From Pelagibacteraceae bacterium AG-390-O04 (GTDB lineage: Bacteria > Pseudomonadota > Alphaproteobacteria > Pelagibacterales > Pelagibacteraceae), in the NCBI GenBank assembly GCA_003278065.1, contig QCHE01000002.1:11388-75387 (forward strand): a DNA stretch of 64,000 bases. The letters are read 5' to 3'. The number at the start of each line of letters is the position of its first letter. Within the stretch, counting starts at the first letter, position 1. Under the pieces are notes generated by a model. That model searched no databases and was not told the origin of the DNA. It was given only the letters and a program-made list of their open reading frames with translations. The position numbers were made by a program, and so were the translations under genes. Below, one piece after another: positions 20,447 to 29,309 of the stretch.

Positions 20447-20755
20447 ATGAAAGTAATTTACACAAGAACAATGAGAGTAAAAGACGACGGCTTAGGAAAA
20501 GCAATGGAAATTGGAAAAGGTTTAGCAGCAGTTAGAAAAAAACATTATCCTAATCATGACGTCTATTTTTCTTTTCAAATGGGTGGAGACCCAAGAACAA
20601 TAAGAGAAACTTTAATCGGACCTATGTTTGAAGGTGATAATGATGCTGACGCTAAAATGTCTGCAGATCCTGAATATATTAAACTTTTAGAGCAATTGAA
20701 AGAAGTTGCAATAGAAGGTACTATTGAAGATGAGATAAGACCAATATTTAGTTAA
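20447..20755 (+). CDS. Hypothetical protein (possible dimeric alpha/beta-barrel)
   Basis: AGGAG SD; 102 aa; fold guessed from the beta-alpha-beta pattern and the ADPEY motif. Confidence 0.7.
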   Translation: MKVIYTRTMRVKDDGLGKAMEIGKGLAAVRKKHYPNHDVYFSFQMGGDPRTIRETLIGPMFEGDNDADAKMSADPEYIKLLEQLKEVAIEGTIEDEIRPIFS

Positions 20756-20767
20756 GGAATTTAAAAT

Positions 20768-21184
20768 ATGATAGAAAAATTTAATGGAATATTTTATTTA
20801 GCAGTTTTTATAATTCATTTTATAGGTTTCGCTTATTATGGATTTAGATGTGTTTTCCAAACTAAATCCTTTTTAGATCAGTATGGTATTGATGATACTG
20901 GTGCAGGGATGGTTAGATTTTTTGGATCAATATTTTTTGGTTCAGTTGCTATGGCTATTTATGTAGGTTTCATAAGACCTAATGGTTTAGAGGCAACATG
21001 GGGATTCTTTAATCTTATATTCTTACAAAACTTGTCAGCTTTTATAGTTGGTTTTTATAACACAAAAATAAATAAACTTGGCCATACAGACAAAACTTCT
21101 GATGAAGGAATCTACGCACCATTAGTTCTAACTATATTAAGTGCTGTACTTTGTTACGGTTTAGCTGATAAAATATATGTCTAA
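20768..21184 (+). CDS. Hypothetical 4-TM membrane protein
   Basis: AAGGA SD; four hydrophobic segments. Confidence 0.75.
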   Translation: MIEKFNGIFYLAVFIIHFIGFAYYGFRCVFQTKSFLDQYGIDDTGAGMVRFFGSIFFGSVAMAIYVGFIRPNGLEATWGFFNLIFLQNLSAFIVGFYNTKINKLGHTDKTSDEGIYAPLVLTILSAVLCYGLADKIYV

Positions 21185-21199
21185 ATTAAAGGAGAAGTT

Positions 21200-21550
21200 A
21201 TGGCAGGAGTAGAAGTAAAATCTTTCGAAAAAGCAGATGAGGTTAATGATAATTTTAATAATGCAAAAATAGAAGCTGTAAAAGTTGGAAACCAAAGGGT
21301 AATGAAACTTACTCTACAGCCTGGATGGAAATGGTCAAAAGATATTAAACCAACAGTTGGGGGTGATAGCTGTCAGGCAACACATCTTGGTGTAATTGTT
21401 TCAGGAGCTGTTTGCGCAAAACATAATGATGGAACTGAAATAACTTATAAAGCTGGAGACGCATATTCTATTCAGCCAGGACATGATGGATGGGTAGTAG
21501 GAAATGAACCGGCTATTGTTTATGAGTTTCATGGAATGTGGGGTGAATAA
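21200..21550 (+). CDS. Cupin domain protein
   Basis: AGGAG SD; LQPGWKWS, CQATHLG, GDAYSIQPGHDGWVVG. Confidence 0.85.
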   Translation: MAGVEVKSFEKADEVNDNFNNAKIEAVKVGNQRVMKLTLQPGWKWSKDIKPTVGGDSCQATHLGVIVSGAVCAKHNDGTEITYKAGDAYSIQPGHDGWVVGNEPAIVYEFHGMWGE

Positions 21551-21870
21551 TGTCGATATTAAAAAGATACACTGATGCTATAAATAAGAAAGATGAAGCA
21601 ACTATGAATGAGCTTTTGCATGATGATTTTAAGTTCACAATGCATAAATCTGGAAATTCTCTTGGAAAAGCTGATGTAATCAAATGGGCAATGAGTGGTG
21701 ATATCAATCAAGATAAAGCTCGAATCGTGTATGAAAATGATGAAGTTGGTGTACACCATTCAATCGTAACTTTTAATGATGGAAATATAGAAGCTGTAAT
21801 GGCAGTTTATAGATATAAAGATGGAAAGATTACTAGTTTAGAAACTGGTGCTACTCCAATGTCTAAATAA
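21550..21870 (+). CDS. NTF2/SnoaL-like protein
   Basis: Y.DAINKKD..MNELLHDDF...YKDGKI; TAATG coupling. Confidence 0.78.
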   Translation: MSILKRYTDAINKKDEATMNELLHDDFKFTMHKSGNSLGKADVIKWAMSGDINQDKARIVYENDEVGVHHSIVTFNDGNIEAVMAVYRYKDGKITSLETGATPMSK

Positions 21871-22091
21871 TGTTTCCAAAAAAATATTTTGATTTCATAT
21901 TCATTTTGATTATGGGTTTTGGCATGAGTTTACTCATGACACTTATAATTACCTATATAAATACAGGAATGGATAATGAATATATGAATAGATTTTTGAA
22001 AGCATGGTCAGTAAGTTTGCCTATAGCAATAATAGCTGCACTTGTTCTTGGTCCACCGATAAAAAAATTGGTAGATAAAATTACCAAATAA
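21870..22091 (+). CDS. DUF2798-like membrane protein
   Basis: IMGFGMSLLMT..NTG....FLKAW..PIA....P. Confidence 0.75.
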   Translation: MFPKKYFDFIFILIMGFGMSLLMTLIITYINTGMDNEYMNRFLKAWSVSLPIAIIAALVLGPPIKKLVDKITK

Positions 22092-22106
22092 GAATAATCT
22101 TTAAAT

Positions 22107-22442
22107 GTGAGTAATATTGTTGCATACATAGTTCTTATTCTTGCAGTTATTTTAGGTACTGCTGCAAACGGTTTTGCAAAAGGTGCAAACGGTTTTACAT
22201 TATTAATACCAAGCTTATTAACAGCAATAACAATAGTTGGTTGTATGTTTACATTATCTATTGTGATGAAAACTATTCCTGTTGGAATTACATATGCTTC
22301 ATTTGCGGGTTTATGCATAATAGCTACAACAATTGTTGGAGTATATAAATTTAATCAAATGCCAGATTTTTATACTTTCCTTGGTTTAACGTTGATTATT
22401 TCAGGGGTGTTAATAGTCAACTTATTAGGTAAGACAGGTTAG
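22107..22442 (+). CDS. SMR/DMT small multidrug resistance family protein (atypical)
   Basis: 4 TM, K..NGFT, IPVGITYA, GLTLIISGV. Confidence 0.85.
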   Translation: MSNIVAYIVLILAVILGTAANGFAKGANGFTLLIPSLLTAITIVGCMFTLSIVMKTIPVGITYASFAGLCIIATTIVGVYKFNQMPDFYTFLGLTLIISGVLIVNLLGKTG

Positions 22443-22446
22443 ATTT

Positions 22447-22782
22447 ATGACTAATTTATCTGGATATATTTATTTAATTCTAACAATTATTTTAGGAATC
22501 GCATCTAACGGATTTTTAAAATCAACAAATGGATTTACAAACATAATACCAACTATTTTTTGTGTAATTACAATAATCATGGCTATATTTTGTATGGCAA
22601 AAGCTATGAACGTTATTCCTGTTGGTTTCACATATGCTACGTATGGGGGTTTAACAATTACAGCAGTGACTTTATTTGGTGTATTCAAATATAATCAAAT
22701 ACCTAACTTATATGGTATTATCGGAATAATAATGATTATAGTTGGAGTAATTCTATTAAATACTCTTGGCAAAACTACTTAG
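22447..22782 (+). CDS. SMR/DMT small multidrug resistance family protein (atypical)
   Basis: 4 TM, LKSTNGFT, IPVGFTYA, GIIMIIVGV. Confidence 0.85.
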   Translation: MTNLSGYIYLILTIILGIASNGFLKSTNGFTNIIPTIFCVITIIMAIFCMAKAMNVIPVGFTYATYGGLTITAVTLFGVFKYNQIPNLYGIIGIIMIIVGVILLNTLGKTT

Positions 22783-23581
22783 AAACTGGCTTTAAAATTT
22801 TTAAAACTTTATTGTGTAGGCTTTTATTTGCTGAGCAAATTATATTTCCAGCTTTTTTAGGATCACTATTATTCCATGTTGTTACTATACCCCCCGCAGC
22901 ATTAATAATTGGAATTAGAGCATGTATGTCCCAAATTTTATTTCCACATTGAATTACGATATCAAGTTTGCCCTCAGCAAAATGAGAATAACTTAAAGCA
23001 TCTGAGCATGGAAATTGCATCCGTTTTAATATTTGAGGAATTTTTTTTTGTTTATCTAAAGATAGAATTCCGTGAAAAGCTGCGGACAATCTCATATTTG
23101 AAAAAGTTGCTTTACGATTAACTTTTATTTTTCTTTTTTTCCCATTTTCACAAACGAAAGCCCCTTTATCAGTAGTATTAAAATAATATTTTTTTAAAAC
23201 TGGAAAATTAGCAAGACCTAACATTGGTACTCCTTTATAATTTAAAGAAATTAAATTACTCCATGTTGGATTACCAATCACAAATGATCTAGTTCCATCT
23301 ATAGGGTCAATGACCCATGAAAAATTACTTTTTGTTTTTTTATAATCAAACTCCTCACCTATAATTTGGTGGTTAGGAAATTTTTTTTTAATTTCTTTAC
23401 TTATAAATTTCTCAAAAGATTTATCTGCATCTGTAACTGGATCGTAGCCCCTACCCTTTAATTTATTTGAAATTTTAAATGGCTTATTTAATCTTGAAAA
23501 ATAAAATTTGGTAAGTCTATTCGCTAAATTATTGAGAAATTTAGAGTAATTTTTATATTCTGAAGATTTCAATTTAATCAC
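22775..23581 (-). CDS. hisN: Inositol monophosphatase family, histidinol-phosphatase-like
   Basis: YDPVTDAD, GEE, WVIDPIDGTRSF..G.PTW, WDIHAL. Confidence 0.65.
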   Translation of the reverse strand: MIKLKSSEYKNYSKFLNNLANRLTKFYFSRLNKPFKISNKLKGRGYDPVTDADKSFEKFISKEIKKKFPNHQIIGEEFDYKKTKSNFSWVIDPIDGTRSFVIGNPTWSNLISLNYKGVPMLGLANFPVLKKYYFNTTDKGAFVCENGKKRKIKVNRKATFSNMRLSAAFHGILSLDKQKKIPQILKRMQFPCSDALSYSHFAEGKLDIVIQCGNKIWDIHALIPIINAAGGIVTTWNNSDPKKAGNIICSANKSLHNKVLKILKPVSK

Positions 23582-23644
23582 AAGAAACTAATACAATTTA
23601 ATTTGTATTGATTAAAGTAAAATTTTAAATAATCATCTAAAAAT

Positions 23645-24745
23645 ATGAAAATTAAATTATCTGATAATAAAGTTTTTTTTGAAAATAATGGTTTAAAAAA
23701 AGAAATTCATCCCTTTTGGTTGAGAGAACGAGTAAATGGTGAAAACTTTGTTGATAAAGGAACACAACAAAGATTATTCGACCCAACTGAACTTAAAGGA
23801 AATATAGAAATTAAAAATGTAAGCTTATCAGACAGATACTTAAAAGTAACTTTTGATGACGGTGTTAAAACTGAATTAACCATCCAAAGTATTTTAAATG
23901 AATTCTCAAATATTAGTGATATTAAATTTATTGAAAAAATCAAGTGGGACTCTTCTTTAAATAATCTCAATAGTTTTGAATTTAATAATAATATTTTTGA
24001 AGAAAAAATTATGTATGAGGCTTTAATAAGTTTTTATAAATATGGCTTTGTTATTTTTAAAAATGTTCCAACAGAAAATAATTTTATTGTTAATTTTGCT
24101 AATTCGATTGGAAGTATTAGAAGAACTAATTTTGGGGAATTCTTTAATGTAAAATCTAAACCAAATCCGAACGATTTAGCTTACACTTCCTTATCTTTAG
24201 CTCCGCACACAGATAACCCTTATAGAAACCCTGTTCCTTGTATTCAAATATTACATTGTATTGAAAATGAGGTAAGTGGTGGTAACTCAACCTTAGTAGA
24301 TGGCTATACTGTGACTGAAAAATTAAAAAAAGATCATCCAGATTATTTCAAGATTTTGACTGAAATTAAAGTCAGATATCAATTTATAGATCAAGATGTT
24401 ATTTTAGAAGATTGGTCTGAAATGATTAAATTAGATGAAAATCAAAATTTCAAACAAGTTAGATTTAGTCCAAGATTAGATTTTGTTCCGTTAATGGATA
24501 AAGAAAAGTTAGATCTTTATTATGATGCAAGAAATAAGATTTCTGAATTATATAACTCAGAAAAATATAGATTAGAATTTAAACTTATGCCTGGAGATTT
24601 ATTAATGATGGATAATTATAGATTGCTTCATGGAAGAACCTCATATGATGCAAATGAAGGAAACCGATTTTTACAAGGTTGCTATATAGACTACGACAGC
24701 ACTGAAGGAAAACTTAAGCACTTAAAAAGAAAATTTAATATCTAA
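23645..24745 (+). CDS. TauD/TfdA family Fe(II)/2-oxoglutarate dioxygenase, gamma-butyrobetaine hydroxylase-like
   Basis: FWLRE..QRL N-domain; LAYT, HTDNPY (HxD), DNYRLLHGR, RFLQGCY. Confidence 0.85.
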   Translation: MKIKLSDNKVFFENNGLKKEIHPFWLRERVNGENFVDKGTQQRLFDPTELKGNIEIKNVSLSDRYLKVTFDDGVKTELTIQSILNEFSNISDIKFIEKIKWDSSLNNLNSFEFNNNIFEEKIMYEALISFYKYGFVIFKNVPTENNFIVNFANSIGSIRRTNFGEFFNVKSKPNPNDLAYTSLSLAPHTDNPYRNPVPCIQILHCIENEVSGGNSTLVDGYTVTEKLKKDHPDYFKILTEIKVRYQFIDQDVILEDWSEMIKLDENQNFKQVRFSPRLDFVPLMDKEKLDLYYDARNKISELYNSEKYRLEFKLMPGDLLMMDNYRLLHGRTSYDANEGNRFLQGCYIDYDSTEGKLKHLKRKFNI

Positions 24746-24747
24746 CA

Positions 24748-24933
24748 CTATTTATTGAAGCAATTATTCACAAGAATCGCCATTAGTATCCAAATTACAA
24801 AAGTTTCTCCATGCGAGAATGAATAATCTGCTCCAGCAAATCCAGCAATAATGTTAATTCCATAAATTATTATTGTAGAGATTATTAAACTTATAATTAG
24901 ATTTATTAATCCACTTACGTATTTCATATTCAA
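24748..24933 (-). CDS. Small 2-TM hypothetical protein
   Basis: 61-aa hydrophobic ORF filling an otherwise empty gap. Confidence 0.6.
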   Translation of the reverse strand: MNMKYVSGLINLIISLIISTIIIYGINIIAGFAGADYSFSHGETFVIWILMAILVNNCFNK

Positions 24934-25024
24934 ACAGTATATACATTATATTTCTAATGCAATTTAAAATTTCTATTTATAAAGGAATTTCTTACATTGT
25001 GTGAATGATTTTTAATTGCAAGTT

Positions 25025-25732
25025 TCATTTATCTAAAATTAGACAAATTAGTTTATCATTAAAATTTAATTTTTTTCGGTTAGTAAGATTAATTTCATTA
25101 ATACCTCTCAAAATTTGATTATTGCTCATACTTAATAATATTGAGATATACCTATTTTTAATCATTTCTGAGTATCTCTTTAATGATATTTTTACCTTAA
25201 AAGAAAAATTTTTTTTTTTAATACTTGGATAAAGTTTTGATAAGAACGTAATTATTTTTTTATCGCGATTTAATGAGATCTTGAGTTTTTTCTTCATTAA
25301 TAAAAAAGTTGGTATCTCATTTTTTGAAGTTTCTAAAGTGAATAACAAAATTTTTCCCTTTTTTTTAAGCTTAGTTTTACATCTAGAGACTAATCTTTTT
25401 ATTTTTCTAAAATCTAGAAGATGAATAGTTTGTTTAATTAATATTAAATCAAATTTATTCTTATTGCTTTCTAAATATCTAATTGCATCAATCTTTTTGA
25501 AACTAATTCTTTTATCTCTATCTTTATGAATTTCTATATCTATACCTATAGGTTTATTCTTTAATCTTAATTTTGAACTCAAAGATCCTAATATTTTACC
25601 TCTCCCACAGCCAATATCTAAAATTTGAGAGTCTCTATTTAATCTTATTTGTTTTAATAAAAAATTATTAAAAGATTTGATATATTTTTTGGATGAAAGC
25701 CAAGTTTTGTTATCCCAATTCTTTAATGACAC
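25025..25732 (-). CDS. Class I SAM-dependent methyltransferase
   Basis: ILDIGCGRG motif I, FDLILIKQTIH. Confidence 0.85.
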   Translation of the reverse strand: MSLKNWDNKTWLSSKKYIKSFNNFLLKQIRLNRDSQILDIGCGRGKILGSLSSKLRLKNKPIGIDIEIHKDRDKRISFKKIDAIRYLESNKNKFDLILIKQTIHLLDFRKIKRLVSRCKTKLKKKGKILLFTLETSKNEIPTFLLMKKKLKISLNRDKKIITFLSKLYPSIKKKNFSFKVKISLKRYSEMIKNRYISILLSMSNNQILRGINEINLTNRKKLNFNDKLICLILDK

Positions 25733-26166
25733 GCAATACCAAATTTCTTAAGTCTCCAGTAATTGTATGGCCAAGGAGTTAAAAAACCAACTAAAAGCAT
25801 AATTGGTATAACCCACCAAGTTAAAATAGCGCCACCAGTTAAAAAATAATCAGTTAAGTTCATTGCAACTTCCATGCTTATCATTGATATAAAGCTCATT
25901 CCCATTGCTGTTTTGAAAGCTTTTGAAAAATCTAGATTTTGCTTCATTAAAACTACTGTTTCTAAAATAATACTAGTAATTAAACCATTGATAATTGCTA
26001 GCACCATTATTCCTAAAACCGGAAATGGAATGAGAGTTAATTGAAAAAACAAAATTGTTCCAAAGTCACCTATTGCACATCCAAGTAAACACCAGCTAGT
26101 ATTTTTGGCACTTCTTTTCCACGTATGTTTGCAGGACCAATTAAAATTGGTGACAGCAGTGTTCAT
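25723..26166 (-). CDS. DUF4396-like membrane protein
   Basis: T.WCLLGCAIGD, SMISMEVAMN, PWPYNYW. Confidence 0.75.
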   Translation of the reverse strand: MNTAVTNFNWSCKHTWKRSAKNTSWCLLGCAIGDFGTILFFQLTLIPFPVLGIMVLAIINGLITSIILETVVLMKQNLDFSKAFKTAMGMSFISMISMEVAMNLTDYFLTGGAILTWWVIPIMLLVGFLTPWPYNYWRLKKFGIACH

Positions 26167-26170
26167 TTGA

Positions 26171-26674
26171 TTATTTTATATTAACTTTAGCAATCATTCC
26201 AGCTTGATAATGACCAGGAACATTGCAAGCTACTTCAATGTTAACTGCATTTTCAAATTTCCAAATGATGTCTCCTTTTTGTTTTGGCTCTAACAAAACA
26301 CTATTACTGTGTGAATGACCCATTGACTTATCCATTTTTGCCATCTTCTTCATTTTTTCTTTATCAATAGAGAAGGCAAGAAGAATTCCATTCTCGACCA
26401 TTTTTATCATCTCTGGCTGATGCTTCATATGCATCATTTTGTTTGCAATATTAAATTCATGAACAAGCATGCCTGCGTTTTCAACTTCAAACTTAACTGT
26501 TTCGCCTTCTTTAATCTGAAATGAACTTGGTTCGTAATAATTATCATACATGACAACTTTTATAACTTGTGTTACGTCAGTTTCATTACCTTTTGAACCA
26601 ATTTTCATATTTTTATCCGCATAAGCGAATGTATTTAAAAGAAATAGTGTTAAAATAATTTTAAAAATTTTCAT
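26171..26674 (-). CDS. Periplasmic cupredoxin / copper-binding protein
   Basis: Signal peptide; HEF and CNVPGHYQAGM type-1 Cu ligands; Met/His-rich loop. Confidence 0.85.
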   Translation of the reverse strand: MKIFKIILTLFLLNTFAYADKNMKIGSKGNETDVTQVIKVVMYDNYYEPSSFQIKEGETVKFEVENAGMLVHEFNIANKMMHMKHQPEMIKMVENGILLAFSIDKEKMKKMAKMDKSMGHSHSNSVLLEPKQKGDIIWKFENAVNIEVACNVPGHYQAGMIAKVNIK

Positions 26675-26742
26675 GATACTAAAATAATATTGTGTTATGT
26701 ATTTACCATAGGTCAAATTGTACACATGAGAAATAAACTAAT

Positions 26743-27423
26743 ATGATTTTTAAACAATTATTTGATACTAAATCTTCAACGTATACATACTTAATTGCAT
26801 CTGGTAATGGAAGAGAGGCTTTAATAATTGATCCAGTTTTGGAAAATGTTAGTGAATATATAGGTATTCTTAAAGAATTAGATTTAAAATTAGTAAAAGT
26901 AATTGATACTCATATTCATGCTGATCATGTAACTGGTGCCTCTAAACTTAAAGATATTACAAAATGCTCAACAATCATGGGTGCTAATACCCCAGCGGAG
27001 TCTGTAGAAATAAAAGTAAAAGACGATGAATATATTAATTTAGATAATATAAAAATTAGAGCAATGCATACTCCTGGACATACTTCTGATAGTTACAGTT
27101 TTTTGATGAATAACTATCTTTTTTCAGGAGATACTTTATTGATCAATGGGACTGGTAGAACTGATTTTCAAAATGGTAATGCTAAAGATGCCTATAACTC
27201 AATATTTAATAAACTTTTAAAGTTACCTGAAGAAACTCTTTTATATCCTGCTCATGATTATAAAGGTCAAAAAGTAAGTAGCATAGGTAAAGAAAAAAAA
27301 CAAAATCCAAGATTACAAGTTAAGAGTGTTAATGAATATATTGATATTATGAACAATTTAGATTTAAAAAAACCAGCTGAACTTGAGTCTAATGTCTCTA
27401 GAAATATAAAATTAGGAGCTTAA
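26743..27423 (+). CDS. Persulfide (sulfur) dioxygenase, ETHE1-like metallo-beta-lactamase
   Basis: SSTYTYL, DTHIHADHVTG, TPGHT, GDTLLI.GTGRTDFQ, YPAHDYKG, NPRL. Confidence 0.85.
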   Translation: MIFKQLFDTKSSTYTYLIASGNGREALIIDPVLENVSEYIGILKELDLKLVKVIDTHIHADHVTGASKLKDITKCSTIMGANTPAESVEIKVKDDEYINLDNIKIRAMHTPGHTSDSYSFLMNNYLFSGDTLLINGTGRTDFQNGNAKDAYNSIFNKLLKLPEETLLYPAHDYKGQKVSSIGKEKKQNPRLQVKSVNEYIDIMNNLDLKKPAELESNVSRNIKLGA

Positions 27424-27425
27424 AT

Positions 27426-27794
27426 CTAAATTGAAGATTGAATAGCCTTATAAATCAGATCTTTAGTTGTCTCACCAATGCTTCTGTAAACTAACTTTTT
27501 GTCTTTAAAAATTAAAAGTGTAGTTTGATACTGCACATCAAATAATTCTGCTATTTCTTTATTTGTAATATCAAACGCAAAATATTCTATGTTATCAAAA
27601 TCATTTTTAGCTTTATCTAAAACTTTCATTTGGCTTGCACAAGAAGAGCAATATTTGATCCAAGAACTTACTATCACTACTTTGCCATCTGTCTGGGCTT
27701 GATCAAACAACTCTTTATCAAAAGTTGTTTCTTTTTCCATCGAGTTTACATTAAATGCAAATATACAAAAAATTAAAATAAATATTCTTCTCAT
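27426..27794 (-). CDS. Exported thioredoxin-like protein
   Basis: Signal-like N-terminus; WIKYCSSC (CxxC). Confidence 0.75.
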   Translation of the reverse strand: MRRIFILIFCIFAFNVNSMEKETTFDKELFDQAQTDGKVVIVSSWIKYCSSCASQMKVLDKAKNDFDNIEYFAFDITNKEIAELFDVQYQTTLLIFKDKKLVYRSIGETTKDLIYKAIQSSI

Positions 27795-27803
27795 TTTTTA
27801 ATT

Positions 27804-29309
27804 TTAGACCCTTTTTTTTCCTTGAACAACCCTGTCTAAGATTAATGCGACAAATAAAATGGCAACGCCTGCAAGAATACCTTGTCCTACGTTAGCATAT
27901 TGTAGGGCTTCTAAGACATCTTGACCTAAACCTTTTGCACCAATTAATGATGCAACAACTACCATGGCTAAACTTAACATTACAGTTTGATTTACACCTG
28001 CCAAAATCGAAGGTGTTGCTAAAGGTAAATCTACTTTTCTAAGCAAATACCATTTGCTTGCTCCATATGCTATTGCTGCTTCTCTTATAGTTTCCGGAAC
28101 ACCTCTTAATCCAAGAACAGTCAATCTTACAACAGGAGTGCCACCAAAAATCATTGTAATTATGACCGCAGCAACTTTTCCTGTTCCAAAAAAAGCAATA
28201 ACTGGGATCATAAATACAAAAGCTGGCATTGTTTGCATAAAATCCATTATTGGTCTTATCATTGAATAAAACCTCTGACGTCTTGCACAAAAAATTCCTA
28301 GGGGTATTCCAATAGCTATACTTAAAATTGCCGCTGTACCAAGTAAAGCTAATGTGGTCATAGCTTTAACCCAAAAGCCCAAAAAACCCATGTAACATAA
28401 AAATCCTGCAGAATAAATTGCAGCTCGTGGTCCAGCAGATAATCCAGTTAAAATAACTATTGTAGTTATAATAACTATCCAAGGTGTTTTAACGAACAAC
28501 AATTCTAAAAAGTCCAAGACTGAACGGATACCAATTGTTATAGCTGTAAATAATGCATCTCCTTTAATGACAGCGTAATTAAATACTTTCTCAACCCAAC
28601 TAATTGATGTTAATCTAATATCTGGATGAGTTGGAAATTGGTCCATAATTGTTATGAAACCTGGAAAACTGTAATGAACTACAGAGAAAAACATTATCAC
28701 TGACGTGAAAATAGCACTTAAAATATAGTTCTTTATTTGCATTCCAGGACTAATAGACTTATCGGATAGCCATTCTGAATATCTTTTTTCTAATTTAGAA
28801 TTTGCAATAATTCCTTGAATTAATTTAATAGAAATTAATAAAATTATTCCAAAAATAGTAATCCAAATTGCAGATGCTTCTATTCGATCAACTTCATTAA
28901 TATATCCTTGCATTGCATCCTCTAATGATTTGATATTTCTTTTGTAAACATCTACTTTATCTGGATTATTTGTTATAGCGGCCTCTAATTGTTTGTTTCT
29001 AAAAGCTATAGTCGATTGAACTTGTTCGATTTTTTGAACAGCCTCAGCTGTAATATTTCCAAATAACCCTCTAATTATCTGAACTACAGCAAAAGTTTCA
29101 ATGATTAAAAATGTTAATGCCCAATTCCAAATATTTCTTATTCCAAACCAGATTGGACCAAAAATTGCTGCATTAATATTAAATGAAAATGAAAATGCGG
29201 GTTTACTACCTATTTTTTGAAACTGCTCAATATAATAATTTGGATTTGTCTTTACAAAATCTGTAATCAGCTCTGATCTCGAGGGGCTGATATTATTTTT
29301 ATTCTCCAT
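27804..29309 (-). CDS. proW: Glycine betaine/proline ABC permease with N-terminal extension
   Basis: MQTMPAFVFMIP, EAAIAYGA, AGVNQTVMLSLAMVV. Confidence 0.85.
   Translation of the reverse strand: MENKNNISPSRSELITDFVKTNPNYYIEQFQKIGSKPAFSFSFNINAAIFGPIWFGIRNIWNWALTFLIIETFAVVQIIRGLFGNITAEAVQKIEQVQSTIAFRNKQLEAAITNNPDKVDVYKRNIKSLEDAMQGYINEVDRIEASAIWITIFGIILLISIKLIQGIIANSKLEKRYSEWLSDKSISPGMQIKNYILSAIFTSVIMFFSVVHYSFPGFITIMDQFPTHPDIRLTSISWVEKVFNYAVIKGDALFTAITIGIRSVLDFLELLFVKTPWIVIITTIVILTGLSAGPRAAIYSAGFLCYMGFLGFWVKAMTTLALLGTAAILSIAIGIPLGIFCARRQRFYSMIRPIMDFMQTMPAFVFMIPVIAFFGTGKVAAVIITMIFGGTPVVRLTVLGLRGVPETIREAAIAYGASKWYLLRKVDLPLATPSILAGVNQTVMLSLAMVVVASLIGAKGLGQDVLEALQYANVGQGILAGVAILFVALILDRVVQGKKRV

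Noticed and set aside
19656-22782. Integron cassette array or prophage remnant explanation for the small-gene run
   Set aside because: No attC-like repeats, integrase or phage genes; spacing is operon-like and composition matches the host.
23590-23609. AATACAA-N6-TTGTATT palindrome between hisN-like and the dioxygenase
   Set aside because: Short and AT-only; expected by chance at this composition.
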